DNA of 64,000 bases, from contig JAUVNS010000006.1 of the NCBI GenBank assembly GCA_030599585.1, positions 160,001 through 224,000 on the forward strand, read 5' to 3'. The translations under genes and the position numbers were made by a program. The stretch comes from Promethearchaeota archaeon. Its GTDB lineage: Archaea; Asgardarchaeota; Lokiarchaeia; Sigyniarchaeales; SOKP01. The notes beneath the pieces are model-generated. The model saw only the letters and a list, made by a program, of their open reading frames with translations, made no database searches and was not told the DNA's origin. Below, in pieces: positions 38,605 to 48,448 of the stretch; position 1 is the stretch's first letter, and the number at the start of each line of letters is the position of its first letter.

Positions 38605-39636
38605 TTACTTACTTTTCATTCTATTCTTACGCAATTTCGCTTCTACATACCACAATAAAACTCCTATTGATACAGGTATGATCAAACTCATTACAATGGG
38701 TAGAATGTTTATTATTAAATCATCTAAAGCTGGGGGAACTATTATAAGACCTAAAATGTATCCTGTCCACCAGCAAGCCAATGTAATATATCCCGTAAGT
38801 TTTGCATATTTACGCTCAGCTGCAATTCCAAACAACATACTAAGAAGCCCAGTAAATAATCCCGTAGCACCTAAAATGATATGGCTTACATGGACCCAAA
38901 AAGGCTCAAACGAAAACCAAATATCTATATTATTTAAATCAAATTGGTTAATCAAAGAAATAGCGTTGATCAGGGTTAATATCCAAGAGGCTCCACTAAA
39001 TATTCCGTGGATTTTCACAAATTTGTTTTCGTTTATTAATACGAGGATGGTTCCAACAGAAAGAAGTATCAAAGCAGACATACCGAGGAGTAATCCAAAG
39101 TGATCAAATATTTCGAACTCGGGTTCAGGTGGGGCAACACCTCCAACACTAAATCCAATTATAATATGAGAAAAAGCAGGTGCTCCACTTGCAGAATTGT
39201 TTCCTGCTAGAATGAAAAGATAGTAAAAACCGTCTGTTTCAGGAATCGTAATATTAAAAGTAATAATCATCGAGTTTGGATTCGAATCTTTATCTTCTCC
39301 AGAGCCATCCAATATTTTATCAGTAGTAGGAAGAATCTTTATATCCTTATTCTGCATTACGGTTGTGGTTTCATTAGGAGCTTGAACAAATAAAAAGGTT
39401 CCGGTAGCAGTTACATTAAAAATAATAACATCTGAAGTGGTTACATTAAAGATAATAGCATCCGAGGGATTTACGGTAGTGCCATTTATATCAGCTGAAA
39501 TTGTATATCCTCCGGGTACTGTATGACATATGTCATGGTCTAATACTTGGTCTGGAGTTGCTGTTCCATTCAGGACCAGTAAAAATATTGGTAGACTAAT
39601 AATTACGATAAATAGTACGAAAATTTTCTTTTTCAT
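38605..39636 (-). CDS. Exported HxxCH/beta-sandwich domain fused to a His-containing multi-TM (cytochrome b561-like) domain
   Basis: Signal peptide, then DHDICH and a beta-rich domain with a 10-aa duplication (SDAIIFNVTT/SDVIIFNVTA). About 5 TM follow, with KIHGIF and WVHVSHII His residues. Confidence 0.6.
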   Translation of the reverse strand: MKKKIFVLFIVIISLPIFLLVLNGTATPDQVLDHDICHTVPGGYTISADINGTTVNPSDAIIFNVTTSDVIIFNVTATGTFLFVQAPNETTTVMQNKDIKILPTTDKILDGSGEDKDSNPNSMIITFNITIPETDGFYYLFILAGNNSASGAPAFSHIIIGFSVGGVAPPEPEFEIFDHFGLLLGMSALILLSVGTILVLINENKFVKIHGIFSGASWILTLINAISLINQFDLNNIDIWFSFEPFWVHVSHIILGATGLFTGLLSMLFGIAAERKYAKLTGYITLACWWTGYILGLIIVPPALDDLIINILPIVMSLIIPVSIGVLLWYVEAKLRKNRMKSK

Positions 39637-39840
39637 TATCCTTACATTGTATTGTGATAATTTTAATTGATGTTATAAAACAATTAAAGGTTTTAATTAA
39701 GAATTATAAGTCAATTTTAAACATTGATGCTAAAATTGCACCTTTTTTCTAAATGCATCCATAAGAGAGAAAGAGTTAGGTTCTTGTTTATAAATTTTTA
39801 TGATAATCTTTTTTAACACTAGTTATTTCATTTTTTTATA

Positions 39841-41553
39841 ATGAAGTTTGATCACTATACACTCAAGAAGATATTTCTTATTGATTTAATAGTGATCCTA
39901 AGTGTTGTTATTGTTATTCCTCTCGTTTTAGATTTATTTGGGTTAAATGTCAAAATATTGGTCATTTCTTTTATAGGGAACCTTCTGATTATTTCAACTA
40001 TCATAATTACGATTTTTGATCTATTTTATCTTTTAAGGCTTAAACGAAACATTTATCTATTATCTTCTTTAAGCATGGCTTTGTCAATTTCTTTATTTTT
40101 CCTCCTTGAATATTGCTTTGTTAACGACTATTTTGATATAATATATGTTTGGAGCTATAATGAAACTACTCTCCCACTTGTATACAAATTTGTGGCAATT
40201 TGGGCTGGCGAAGCAGGTTCTATCATGACTTGGATGGTATTTAATACTATAGTTATTTTCTTCTATAGGCTCAAGAATCAAAATAGAGATGACACCGTCT
40301 TTATAATGTCAACTATAGTCTCAATGCTAATTTCTTCGGTCTTTCTCATAATTTTATTTTTCTATAACCCCTTTCAAACAGAGACCCCAATTATATTTCC
40401 TAACGGGAGAGGATTAAATTCACTTTTAATATCACCATTTATGATATGGCATCCATTATTTACATTTATTGCTTACGCAACTTTCTTAATTCCTTTTACT
40501 ATTTCAATTATTAGATTATTAAAACCAAACTTATCGCTACAAAATCCCTACCAAAAATCTTTTTACGATTTTAGCTTGAAGTTTGGATGGTTAGTTTTGA
40601 CTTTAAGTATTGGATTGGGAGCTTATTGGGCAAAAGTAGCGTTAACATGGGGTAGGTATTGGGGATGGGATCCTGTTGAGACTGTTTCTCTTATCCCATG
40701 GTTCCTTAGTACAGCTTACTTTCATACAATAACTTTTAAAAAGACTAATAGTAAACTAGTAAAAATTAATGGTATAATGATTTTTTTATCAATAATTTTT
40801 TCTACTTTAATAACGCGGGGAGGAGGTTTAACATCATTACATGCCTTTACAGGTGAAAGTAATCTCATTATCTTGACTTTAATAGTTGGTTCCATATTGG
40901 TTGTGTGTTCACTTTATGTGATTTATGAAACACTGAATTCTTTATCTGAAAATTACAAGAAAACAAGACTCTTTTTAGATTATTTAAGTTATTTATGTTT
41001 GGTTATGCTTGCCTTTGTTTGTATATTTGGCCTATTAATTTCTCCTCTTACATATTTCCTCTCTCTTTTTTCTAATATAAATGTCTTATATGTAGGAACG
41101 GACTACTTCATTTTAACAACATTGATTTTAGCTTCCGTATTGGTCATATCATTAGTTTTTTGTTCTTTTTATGGGACATATAAGCTTAAAGTAATAGCTA
41201 TTATATTAGTTATCGGAGTAATAGTACAAACTATACTCTCCTTTGTGTTATTTTCCATTTCCGGTGTCTGGATGAATCCAGTGATTTCTATATTTATTAT
41301 CGCATTACTATCTTCGATTCTGAGACTAATAAAAGATTTTGACATAAATACGGGTTTAAAGCAGTATTTAAGAATAAATTCGAAAACATATGTGCATATT
41401 GGTTTATCGTTAATTTTAATTGGGACGCTAATTAATCCAGGGATTTGGATATTTCAGGATATTTTCTACATTTCGGGGTTTATTTTTTTTATGAGCGGAA
41501 TAATTCCCTCTATTTTTATCTTTTTTTTTCTCAGAAGAAATAAGTTAAAGTGA
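39841..41553 (+). CDS. ccmF: Cytochrome c maturation heme lyase CcmF
   Basis: IWAGEAGS, GRGLNSLL, WHP, WGRYWGWDPVE (WWD domain), AYFH and TRGG..SLHAF. Confidence 0.92.
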   Translation: MKFDHYTLKKIFLIDLIVILSVVIVIPLVLDLFGLNVKILVISFIGNLLIISTIIITIFDLFYLLRLKRNIYLLSSLSMALSISLFFLLEYCFVNDYFDIIYVWSYNETTLPLVYKFVAIWAGEAGSIMTWMVFNTIVIFFYRLKNQNRDDTVFIMSTIVSMLISSVFLIILFFYNPFQTETPIIFPNGRGLNSLLISPFMIWHPLFTFIAYATFLIPFTISIIRLLKPNLSLQNPYQKSFYDFSLKFGWLVLTLSIGLGAYWAKVALTWGRYWGWDPVETVSLIPWFLSTAYFHTITFKKTNSKLVKINGIMIFLSIIFSTLITRGGGLTSLHAFTGESNLIILTLIVGSILVVCSLYVIYETLNSLSENYKKTRLFLDYLSYLCLVMLAFVCIFGLLISPLTYFLSLFSNINVLYVGTDYFILTTLILASVLVISLVFCSFYGTYKLKVIAIILVIGVIVQTILSFVLFSISGVWMNPVISIFIIALLSSILRLIKDFDINTGLKQYLRINSKTYVHIGLSLILIGTLINPGIWIFQDIFYISGFIFFMSGIIPSIFIFFFLRRNKLK

Positions 41554-41885
41554 AAATCTATGGAATAGATTAAGAAATGTATCTTTTTAGTAGTTCTCTT
41601 AATTTTAATTTAGATAAATCTCATAATATAATCGTTTGAAATTAATTCAAATTGAAACTCAATTATCGATCATAGTTTAAGAATGAAACTGTGGCCTATT
41701 TGATTGTTTAAATCAACCCAAATTAATAAAAGTTATAAATTATAACAAATTTTTTCAAATTAAGCAATTTTATAATATATTTGATAAGGTCAAATTCAAA
41801 ATGAACTTTATCAAACTATTAAAAAAATAGAAATACAACTAAAGAGCATTTAAATCTTTAGTTTTTTAGGGAAAAAGGGGTTTTA

Positions 41886-44800
41886 ATGAAAATAAACAAG
41901 AAAATTTCATCTTTTTTAATCACGACGATACTGTTTTTATCGATTACGGGGCTTGTAATAGCCAGAACGAGTCAATTTAGTGATTTTACAGGAGAAGGGC
42001 ATTCAAGCTGTCACGGAAATATAACAGAAAGCACAAGTGGGTATATTTCTTTATCGTCAAGTTCAGGATCATCTGTAGCGCCAAGTGAAACTTTTACAAT
42101 AACAATTCAAATATTAAGTTTTAGTGAGGCTCTCAATGAAAAAAAAAAAACTACAGTAGGGTTTCCAAGTGGATCTCCTGGTAGAGGAGATAATAAGGAT
42201 TTTTCCTTTAACACAACTCAAGAAGAAATCGATATAGATAGTTCTGGGAATTCAGTTACATTAGATTTTCAAGTTACAGCACCAGCAACTGAACAAACCT
42301 ATACTCTCCATTCTGATGCTATTTACAAAGGCGGCTCAACCTATTTTGCTCATGGTAATTTTACTGTTACTGTGGAAGTGCAAAATAATCCACCTCAATT
42401 TAGTAATATAGTTGAGAGTAGCGATCCTTTAGAATTTGGCCAACAAGAAACTTTTCAAGTCGATGTGACTGATTCTGAAACAAGTGTAGACACTGTCTTT
42501 ATTGAATTAGAAGGTACTAACTACACTATGTCTAATACTGTTGGAGATACATTCGAGTATAACTGGATTTCAAATACACTTGGCACAAAAAATTATGTTT
42601 TTTATGCAAATGATACAGATGGAAGTTGGAATTCAACAAGTGGAAATATAAATATAATTGATACTACTAATCCAACTTTGACAAATTTAATTGAAAGCGC
42701 CGATCCTTTAGAGTTAGGTCAAATAGAAACGATTCAAATCAATGCAACCGATTTGTCTGGTATCAGTCAAGTTATGATAGAGATTGAAAGTGCAAATTAC
42801 ACAATGGTAAATATTGGTGGAACTATATGGGAATACGACAGCTGGACTCCAGTTACCACCGGATTGAAACTATATACTATTTTTACGAACGATACTGAAG
42901 GTAATTGGAATTCTCTAAGTAATTCAATAACTGTTCAAGATACGGTACAACCCTCGTTGACAAGTCTAGTAGAAAGTGCAGACCCTTTAGAGTTAGGACA
43001 AACAGAAACGATCCAAATCAATGCAACAGATTTATCTGGTATTAGTCATGTTTTAATCGAAATCGCCAGCACGAATTACAGCATGAACCAAATTGATACA
43101 AACACTTACCAATTTAATACATGGAATCCGTCATCAGTGGGAGTAAAAGGTTACACCATTTATGCAAACGATTCTAAAGGAAATTGGAATTCTCTAAGTA
43201 ATTCAATAACGGTTCAAGATACTACTCTTCCATCTCTTTTTAATTTAGTTGAAATTACTGATCCTATAGAGATAGGCCAAACAGAAACGATTCAAATTAA
43301 CGCAACTGATTTATCTGGTATTAGTCATGTGCTTATAGAAATTGGTGGTATAAATTATACGATGACAAAAATCAGTAGCGCAACTTGGGAATACAATAGT
43401 TGGACGCCGTTGTCTGCCGGTTTAAAATCTTATAAGATTTTTGTGAATGATACTGAAGGCAATTGGAACTCTTTAAACGATTCAATAACCGTTCAAGACA
43501 CAAATCAACCTTTGTTAACGAATTTGGTAGAAAGTGCTGACCCTTTAGAGTTAGGACAAACAGAAACAATCCAAATCAATGCAACTGATTTATCTGGTAT
43601 TAGTCATGTGTTTATCGAAATTGGTGGTATAAATTATACATTAACAAAAATCAATAGCGCAACTTGGGAATACAATAGTTGGATACCAACAACAGTAGGA
43701 TTAAAATCTTATACTATTTATGCTAATGACACTGAAGGTAATTGGAATTCAGTATTAAACGATATCACAGTAGAAGACACAAAAGCACCGAAATATTCCG
43801 ATTTAATTGAAAGTGCTGATCCACTCCCATATGGTCAGAATGAAACAATTTCCATTAATGTTTATGATAATCCAGGTTCTGGAGTGAAGGAAGTAATTCT
43901 TGAATATAACAATATTAATCACACGATGATTTTTATGGGATTCAGCACCTGGTCATGGCCAAATTGGAAACCATCATCCACAGGAACCTTTAATTATACC
44001 ATTTACATGATAGATAATAGCGATAATTTAAATACGACAACAGGTTCTATTGAAGTTATCATATCTTCGGGTCCGACAATTCAAAACATATCTAAAAGTG
44101 CAGATCCTTTAGAGCTAGGCCAAATAGAAACTATTCAGGTTGATGTTAATGATACTGATGGAATTAGTGTTGTATTTATAGAAATCGGGGGACAGAACTA
44201 TACGATGGGAAACATTGGTGGAAGTACATATGAATATTCCTGGTCACCTAATTTAACTGGGACAAAATTGTTTACAGTATACGCTAATGATTCTTTAAAT
44301 AATTGGAATCAATTAAGTAACAGCATCTATGTTCAAGACACAATACCTCCAAATTACGCAAATTTAATAGAAAATAGCGATCCTGTTGAATTGGGAAATA
44401 GCGTAACAATTTCTATTGACGCTACAGACTTATCAGGCATAAATCAAGTTAAAATTGAATTTGATGGCGTGAATTATACTATGTCTAATCTAGGAGGAAA
44501 TATGTGGTCAAACGATACTTGGATTCCTGGGACTGTTGATGTCTTTTCATACACTATATTTATTCAAGATAAATCAAATAATTGGAATAGCACAAGTGGA
44601 AGTATTGAAGTAATAGACACAATATCGCCTGAATTATCAAATTTATATGAGGAATACGAACCAATAGAATTAGGCCAGAGTCAAACGATTCAGGTTAATA
44701 TCAGTGACTTAGCTTCTATAAGTTTAGTACTACTTGAATTTCAGGGAGTAAATTATACTATGACAAAAATAGGTAGCCAAACTTGGGAATACAACAACTT

Positions 44801-46427
44801 AATTCCAATTGGAATAGGTTTAAAAGTCTATTCAATTTACGCAAATGATTCGAGTAATAACTGGATTTCTTTAACTGCCAATTTTACAGTTGTAGATACT
44901 AATGCTCCTGTATTATCTAATTTATTTGAAAATGCAGATCCACTGGAACTAGGACAGACGGTTACAATTCAAATCACTGCAACTGATTTATCTGGTATTA
45001 GCTACGTACTAATAGAGCTTGATAGCGTGAATTATACCATGGCATTTATAGGTGGCAACACATGGGAGTATAATAGTTGGACGCCAATTACCTCCGGATT
45101 AAAATTGTATACTATTTACGCAAATGATACTAACGGAAATTGGAATTCTTTCAATAGCGATATTACTATAGTAGATTCGAGTGGACCATCTTTAGGTAGT
45201 TTGTCCGAAAGTGCAGATCCACTAGAACTAGGACAGACAGTAACAATTCAAATCAATGCTACTGATTCATCTGGTATCAGTCATGTGCTAATAGAACTGG
45301 ATAGCGTGAATTATACCATGGCATTTTTAGGTGGCAACACATGGGAATATAATAGTTGGACTCCAAGTACTACGGGATTGAAATTGTATACAATTTACGC
45401 AAATGACACGGAAGGAAATTGGAATTTATTAATCGATTCAATAACAGTTCAAGATACAATAATACCGGTCTTATCAACCCTTATAGAAAGTGCTGATCCA
45501 TTAGAACTAGGGGAGACAGAAACTATTCAAATTAATGCAACTGATTTATCTGGTATTAGCTACGTGCTAATAGAGCTTGATGGTGTGAATTATACCATGG
45601 CATTTATAGGTGGCAACATATGGGAATATAATAGTTGGACACCAATTACCTCCGGATTAAAACTGTATACAATTTACGCAAATGATACTAACGGAAATTG
45701 GAATTCTTTCAATAGCGATATTACTATAGTAGATTCGAGTGGACCATCTTTAAGTAATTTATTTGAGAATGCGGACCCGTTAGAATTAGGACGGACGGAA
45801 ACTATTCAAATTGATGTTAATGATTTATCAGGAATCAGTCATGTGTTAATAGAAATCAGTGGTTTAAATTACACGATGACAAACATCAGTAGCGCAACTT
45901 GGGAATACAATAGTTGGACGCCGTTGTTTACCGGTTTAAAATCTTATAAGATTTTTGTGAATGATACTGAAGGTAATTGGAACACTTTAAGCGATTTTAT
46001 CACCGTTCGAGACACAAATCAACCTTTGTTAACGAATTTGGTAGAAAGTGCAGACCCTTTAGAGTTAGGACAAACAGAAACAATCCAAATCAATGCAACT
46101 GATCTATCTGGTATCAGTCACGTGCTAATTGAAATCAGTGGTTTAAATTACACGATGACGAAAATTAGTAGTGCAACCTGGGAATATAATAATTGGATAC
46201 CAACAAAAGAAGGATTAAAATCTTATACTATTTATGCTAATGACACTGAAGGTAATTGGAATTCAGAAAGTGATACAATTATGGTGAATACGCAAGGTGG
46301 TAATGAGAATACCGGTATGTCTGAGGAATTTCTTGATTTAATTGTTATATTTAGTACATTCGGTAGTTTAGGCGTTTTTTCGTTAGTCTTAGTGATTAAA
46401 CTAAGACCTAAACGTTTTATTAAGTAA
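41886..46427 (+). CDS. Giant surface protein: N-terminal HxxCH (Reeler-like) domain, 14 Ig-like repeats, C-terminal TM anchor
   Basis: Signal peptide, GHSSCHG, 14 copies of an ESADPLELGQ...NATDLSGI...NYTM...W...YANDT.GNWN repeat, then a C-terminal TM and basic tail. Confidence 0.85.
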   Translation: MKINKKISSFLITTILFLSITGLVIARTSQFSDFTGEGHSSCHGNITESTSGYISLSSSSGSSVAPSETFTITIQILSFSEALNEKKKTTVGFPSGSPGRGDNKDFSFNTTQEEIDIDSSGNSVTLDFQVTAPATEQTYTLHSDAIYKGGSTYFAHGNFTVTVEVQNNPPQFSNIVESSDPLEFGQQETFQVDVTDSETSVDTVFIELEGTNYTMSNTVGDTFEYNWISNTLGTKNYVFYANDTDGSWNSTSGNINIIDTTNPTLTNLIESADPLELGQIETIQINATDLSGISQVMIEIESANYTMVNIGGTIWEYDSWTPVTTGLKLYTIFTNDTEGNWNSLSNSITVQDTVQPSLTSLVESADPLELGQTETIQINATDLSGISHVLIEIASTNYSMNQIDTNTYQFNTWNPSSVGVKGYTIYANDSKGNWNSLSNSITVQDTTLPSLFNLVEITDPIEIGQTETIQINATDLSGISHVLIEIGGINYTMTKISSATWEYNSWTPLSAGLKSYKIFVNDTEGNWNSLNDSITVQDTNQPLLTNLVESADPLELGQTETIQINATDLSGISHVFIEIGGINYTLTKINSATWEYNSWIPTTVGLKSYTIYANDTEGNWNSVLNDITVEDTKAPKYSDLIESADPLPYGQNETISINVYDNPGSGVKEVILEYNNINHTMIFMGFSTWSWPNWKPSSTGTFNYTIYMIDNSDNLNTTTGSIEVIISSGPTIQNISKSADPLELGQIETIQVDVNDTDGISVVFIEIGGQNYTMGNIGGSTYEYSWSPNLTGTKLFTVYANDSLNNWNQLSNSIYVQDTIPPNYANLIENSDPVELGNSVTISIDATDLSGINQVKIEFDGVNYTMSNLGGNMWSNDTWIPGTVDVFSYTIFIQDKSNNWNSTSGSIEVIDTISPELSNLYEEYEPIELGQSQTIQVNISDLASISLVLLEFQGVNYTMTKIGSQTWEYNNLIPIGIGLKVYSIYANDSSNNWISLTANFTVVDTNAPVLSNLFENADPLELGQTVTIQITATDLSGISYVLIELDSVNYTMAFIGGNTWEYNSWTPITSGLKLYTIYANDTNGNWNSFNSDITIVDSSGPSLGSLSESADPLELGQTVTIQINATDSSGISHVLIELDSVNYTMAFLGGNTWEYNSWTPSTTGLKLYTIYANDTEGNWNLLIDSITVQDTIIPVLSTLIESADPLELGETETIQINATDLSGISYVLIELDGVNYTMAFIGGNIWEYNSWTPITSGLKLYTIYANDTNGNWNSFNSDITIVDSSGPSLSNLFENADPLELGRTETIQIDVNDLSGISHVLIEISGLNYTMTNISSATWEYNSWTPLFTGLKSYKIFVNDTEGNWNTLSDFITVRDTNQPLLTNLVESADPLELGQTETIQINATDLSGISHVLIEISGLNYTMTKISSATWEYNNWIPTKEGLKSYTIYANDTEGNWNSESDTIMVNTQGGNENTGMSEEFLDLIVIFSTFGSLGVFSLVLVIKLRPKRFIK
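42385..46290 (+). repeat. Intragenic tandem repeat: 14 units of about 279 nt (93 aa)
   Basis: GAAAGCGCCGATCC at 42693 and GAAAGTGCAGACCC at 42972 are 279 nt apart. 14 DPLE-like motifs counted. Boundaries are approximate. Confidence 0.9.
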
Positions 46428-46495
46428 TAATTACTTTTTATTTTTTTAATTACAATTTTTATTGAGTCTTAAATTAACCTTTATTATAGTTAATT

Positions 46496-47209
46496 ATGAA
46501 TTCCTCTAAAACGATTTTATTAGAATGTGAAAACATTTCTAAACAATATGGTTTTTTCTTCGCTCTGAACAAAATATCTTTTATTTTAGACGAGAACTCC
46601 ATTTTGGGGGTAATTGGTGCTAATGGTGCAGGAAAAACGACTCTTATTAGAATCTTATCTGGTCTGACTTCTCCAACATCTGGTACAATTGCCATAAAAG
46701 GAAGGAATTATAAGACAGATACTAAACGTATCAAACAAATTATTGGAACAATCACTGACAAATCGTTTTTATATGAAGAGCTAACAATTTATGAAAACCT
46801 AAAATTCTACAGTAAATTGTACTCCATGTACAATAAAAATGAATTTAAAGAAAAAATTGAACATTACGCAAAGAAATTTAATCTTTCTGACTGGATTTTT
46901 GAACCAATTAGTAACTTATCAACTGGAATGAAACAAAAAGTGGAAATAATCCGAAGTTTGATCCACAATCCATCAATCTTGCTTTTAGATGAGCCGTTTT
47001 CTGGACTAGACTTTACTACCATAAAATTATTGATAAAAATTTTAACAGAATTAAAAGAAAAAGAAAATTTAACATTAATTATAGCAACTCATAAAATTGA
47101 GGTAGTTCAGGAGATCAGCGACACAATTTTAATTTTAAAAAAGGGTAAGATAAGTAAATTTGCTCCAAAAAACGAGATAGATATAAGTAAAATTGAATCC
47201 TACTTTTGA
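46496..47209 (+). CDS. ccmA: Heme exporter ABC ATPase CcmA
   Basis: GANGAGKTT, LYEELTIYENL, LSTGMKQK and LLLDEPFSGLD, in a ccm context. Confidence 0.85.
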   Translation: MNSSKTILLECENISKQYGFFFALNKISFILDENSILGVIGANGAGKTTLIRILSGLTSPTSGTIAIKGRNYKTDTKRIKQIIGTITDKSFLYEELTIYENLKFYSKLYSMYNKNEFKEKIEHYAKKFNLSDWIFEPISNLSTGMKQKVEIIRSLIHNPSILLLDEPFSGLDFTTIKLLIKILTELKEKENLTLIIATHKIEVVQEISDTILILKKGKISKFAPKNEIDISKIESYF

Positions 47210-47221
47210 GGTGTGAATTGA

Positions 47222-47947
47222 GTGAAAAACAAAAAAAGAACTGCTAAATCTGGCTTAAAACTCTTCATAACAATTCTGCAAAAGGATATTAAATCCGAAA
47301 TTAGGCAAGTCAATGACATCTTTTCGATTATTTTGTTTGGAGTTATTTCAATATTTATTTTTTCTTCCTCATATAACACAATTAATCTAGGTGGTATGAT
47401 GCCTATTGAGATATTTGTTATTCAAATATGGCTAATTATTTTCTTTACACTTATTTTTATTATGATCAAGCTATTTGTTCAAGAAAAAGAGAAAGGAACG
47501 CTGGACGGACTTACAACTTCTCCAGTTTCTAATACTATTCTTCTGATTAGTAAAGTGGTTTTTTGTTTTATTTTATTAAGCCTGATTGAATTGATATTAC
47601 TCCTTTTTAGCTTTTTTATCTCTGTTCCTTCGGTTCAAGCTTTGAATATTAATGAATTTCTGTATTACGTTATGATAGGAATTGTGTTACCTACTCTGGA
47701 CATATCTATTTGTGGAACCTTAGTTTCCGCTTTATCAATGTATTCAAAAAATAAGTCTTTCGTCTTACCTTTATTACTATTCCCAATAATACTTCCAATA
47801 ACATCTCCCATAATATCGCTAAATATAAAACTATTAGAAGGTGAACTAATTTCAATGGTATTTATTGAAATTTTGTTTTTAGTGGCTCACGCTATGCTGA
47901 TGTTTTCGATTTTAGTATTAGTTTCGGAAGAACTATTATCGGAATAG
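47222..47947 (+). CDS. ccmB: Heme exporter permease CcmB
   Basis: KDIKSEIR, FVQEKEKGTLDGL..SP and LPLLLFPIILP. Confidence 0.87.
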   Translation: MKNKKRTAKSGLKLFITILQKDIKSEIRQVNDIFSIILFGVISIFIFSSSYNTINLGGMMPIEIFVIQIWLIIFFTLIFIMIKLFVQEKEKGTLDGLTTSPVSNTILLISKVVFCFILLSLIELILLLFSFFISVPSVQALNINEFLYYVMIGIVLPTLDISICGTLVSALSMYSKNKSFVLPLLLFPIILPITSPIISLNIKLLEGELISMVFIEILFLVAHAMLMFSILVLVSEELLSE

Positions 47948-47953
47948 TATAAA

Positions 47954-48301
47954 TTAACTACATTGCACAAGAATTTGTGTTGCGTTTAAGTATAATAATG
48001 AGTTAAACAAGCCCATTACAACTACTTGAATCCCATCCTCTACATCATCAGGAACAGTAATATCTGAAACATCAATAAGAATCTTATCGTCACCTTGTGT
48101 TAAGTTAAAATTTCCCCCGGAATACCCTTCTACTATTCCAATTACTTGAATCTCTTGATTATGGTATCTTGAAGGATCTTCAAGAACTTGGGAAATTTGA
48201 AGATAGGGTCTGAAATTAAAAATCAAAATTACCGTAATGATGCTGATAGCTCCAATGATCCCTAAACCTGCAATAATACGCGATTTTTTCACAATTAACA
48301 C
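47954..48301 (-). CDS. ccmE: Heme chaperone CcmE (Cys-type, ending ...QILVQCS)
   Basis: N-terminal TM, PYLQISQV, OB-fold pattern (IQVIGIV; PD....G.QVVVMG) and ATQILVQC, matching the A..IL.KC motif of Cys-type CcmE. Confidence 0.8.
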   Translation of the reverse strand: MLIVKKSRIIAGLGIIGAISIITVILIFNFRPYLQISQVLEDPSRYHNQEIQVIGIVEGYSGGNFNLTQGDDKILIDVSDITVPDDVEDGIQVVVMGLFNSLLYLNATQILVQCS

Positions 48302-48304
48302 TGA

Positions 48305-48448
48305 TTATTTACTTTGATTTAATCTCTTAAGCCTTTTTTCTATTTTTCTTTTTGACAATTTAGGATACAAGATTAGAATTATGATTATTAACCAAAATAA
48401 CACGTAGCTTATGCTTATTGTGGTTATATCTAAGATTAACTCGCTCAT
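48305..48448 (-). CDS. ccmD: CcmD-like small membrane protein (not in the ORF track)
   Basis: MSELILDITTISISYVLFWLIIIILILYPKLSKRKIEKRLKRLNQSK: one TM plus a basic tail. ATGA overlap with the ccmC stop, and located between ccmC and ccmE. Confidence 0.75.
   Translation of the reverse strand: MSELILDITTISISYVLFWLIIIILILYPKLSKRKIEKRLKRLNQSK

Noticed and set aside
42385-46290. Regular DNA repeats as a CRISPR array or mobile element
   Set aside because: The units are 279-nt in-frame coding repeats with no repeat-spacer structure and no cas or transposase genes.
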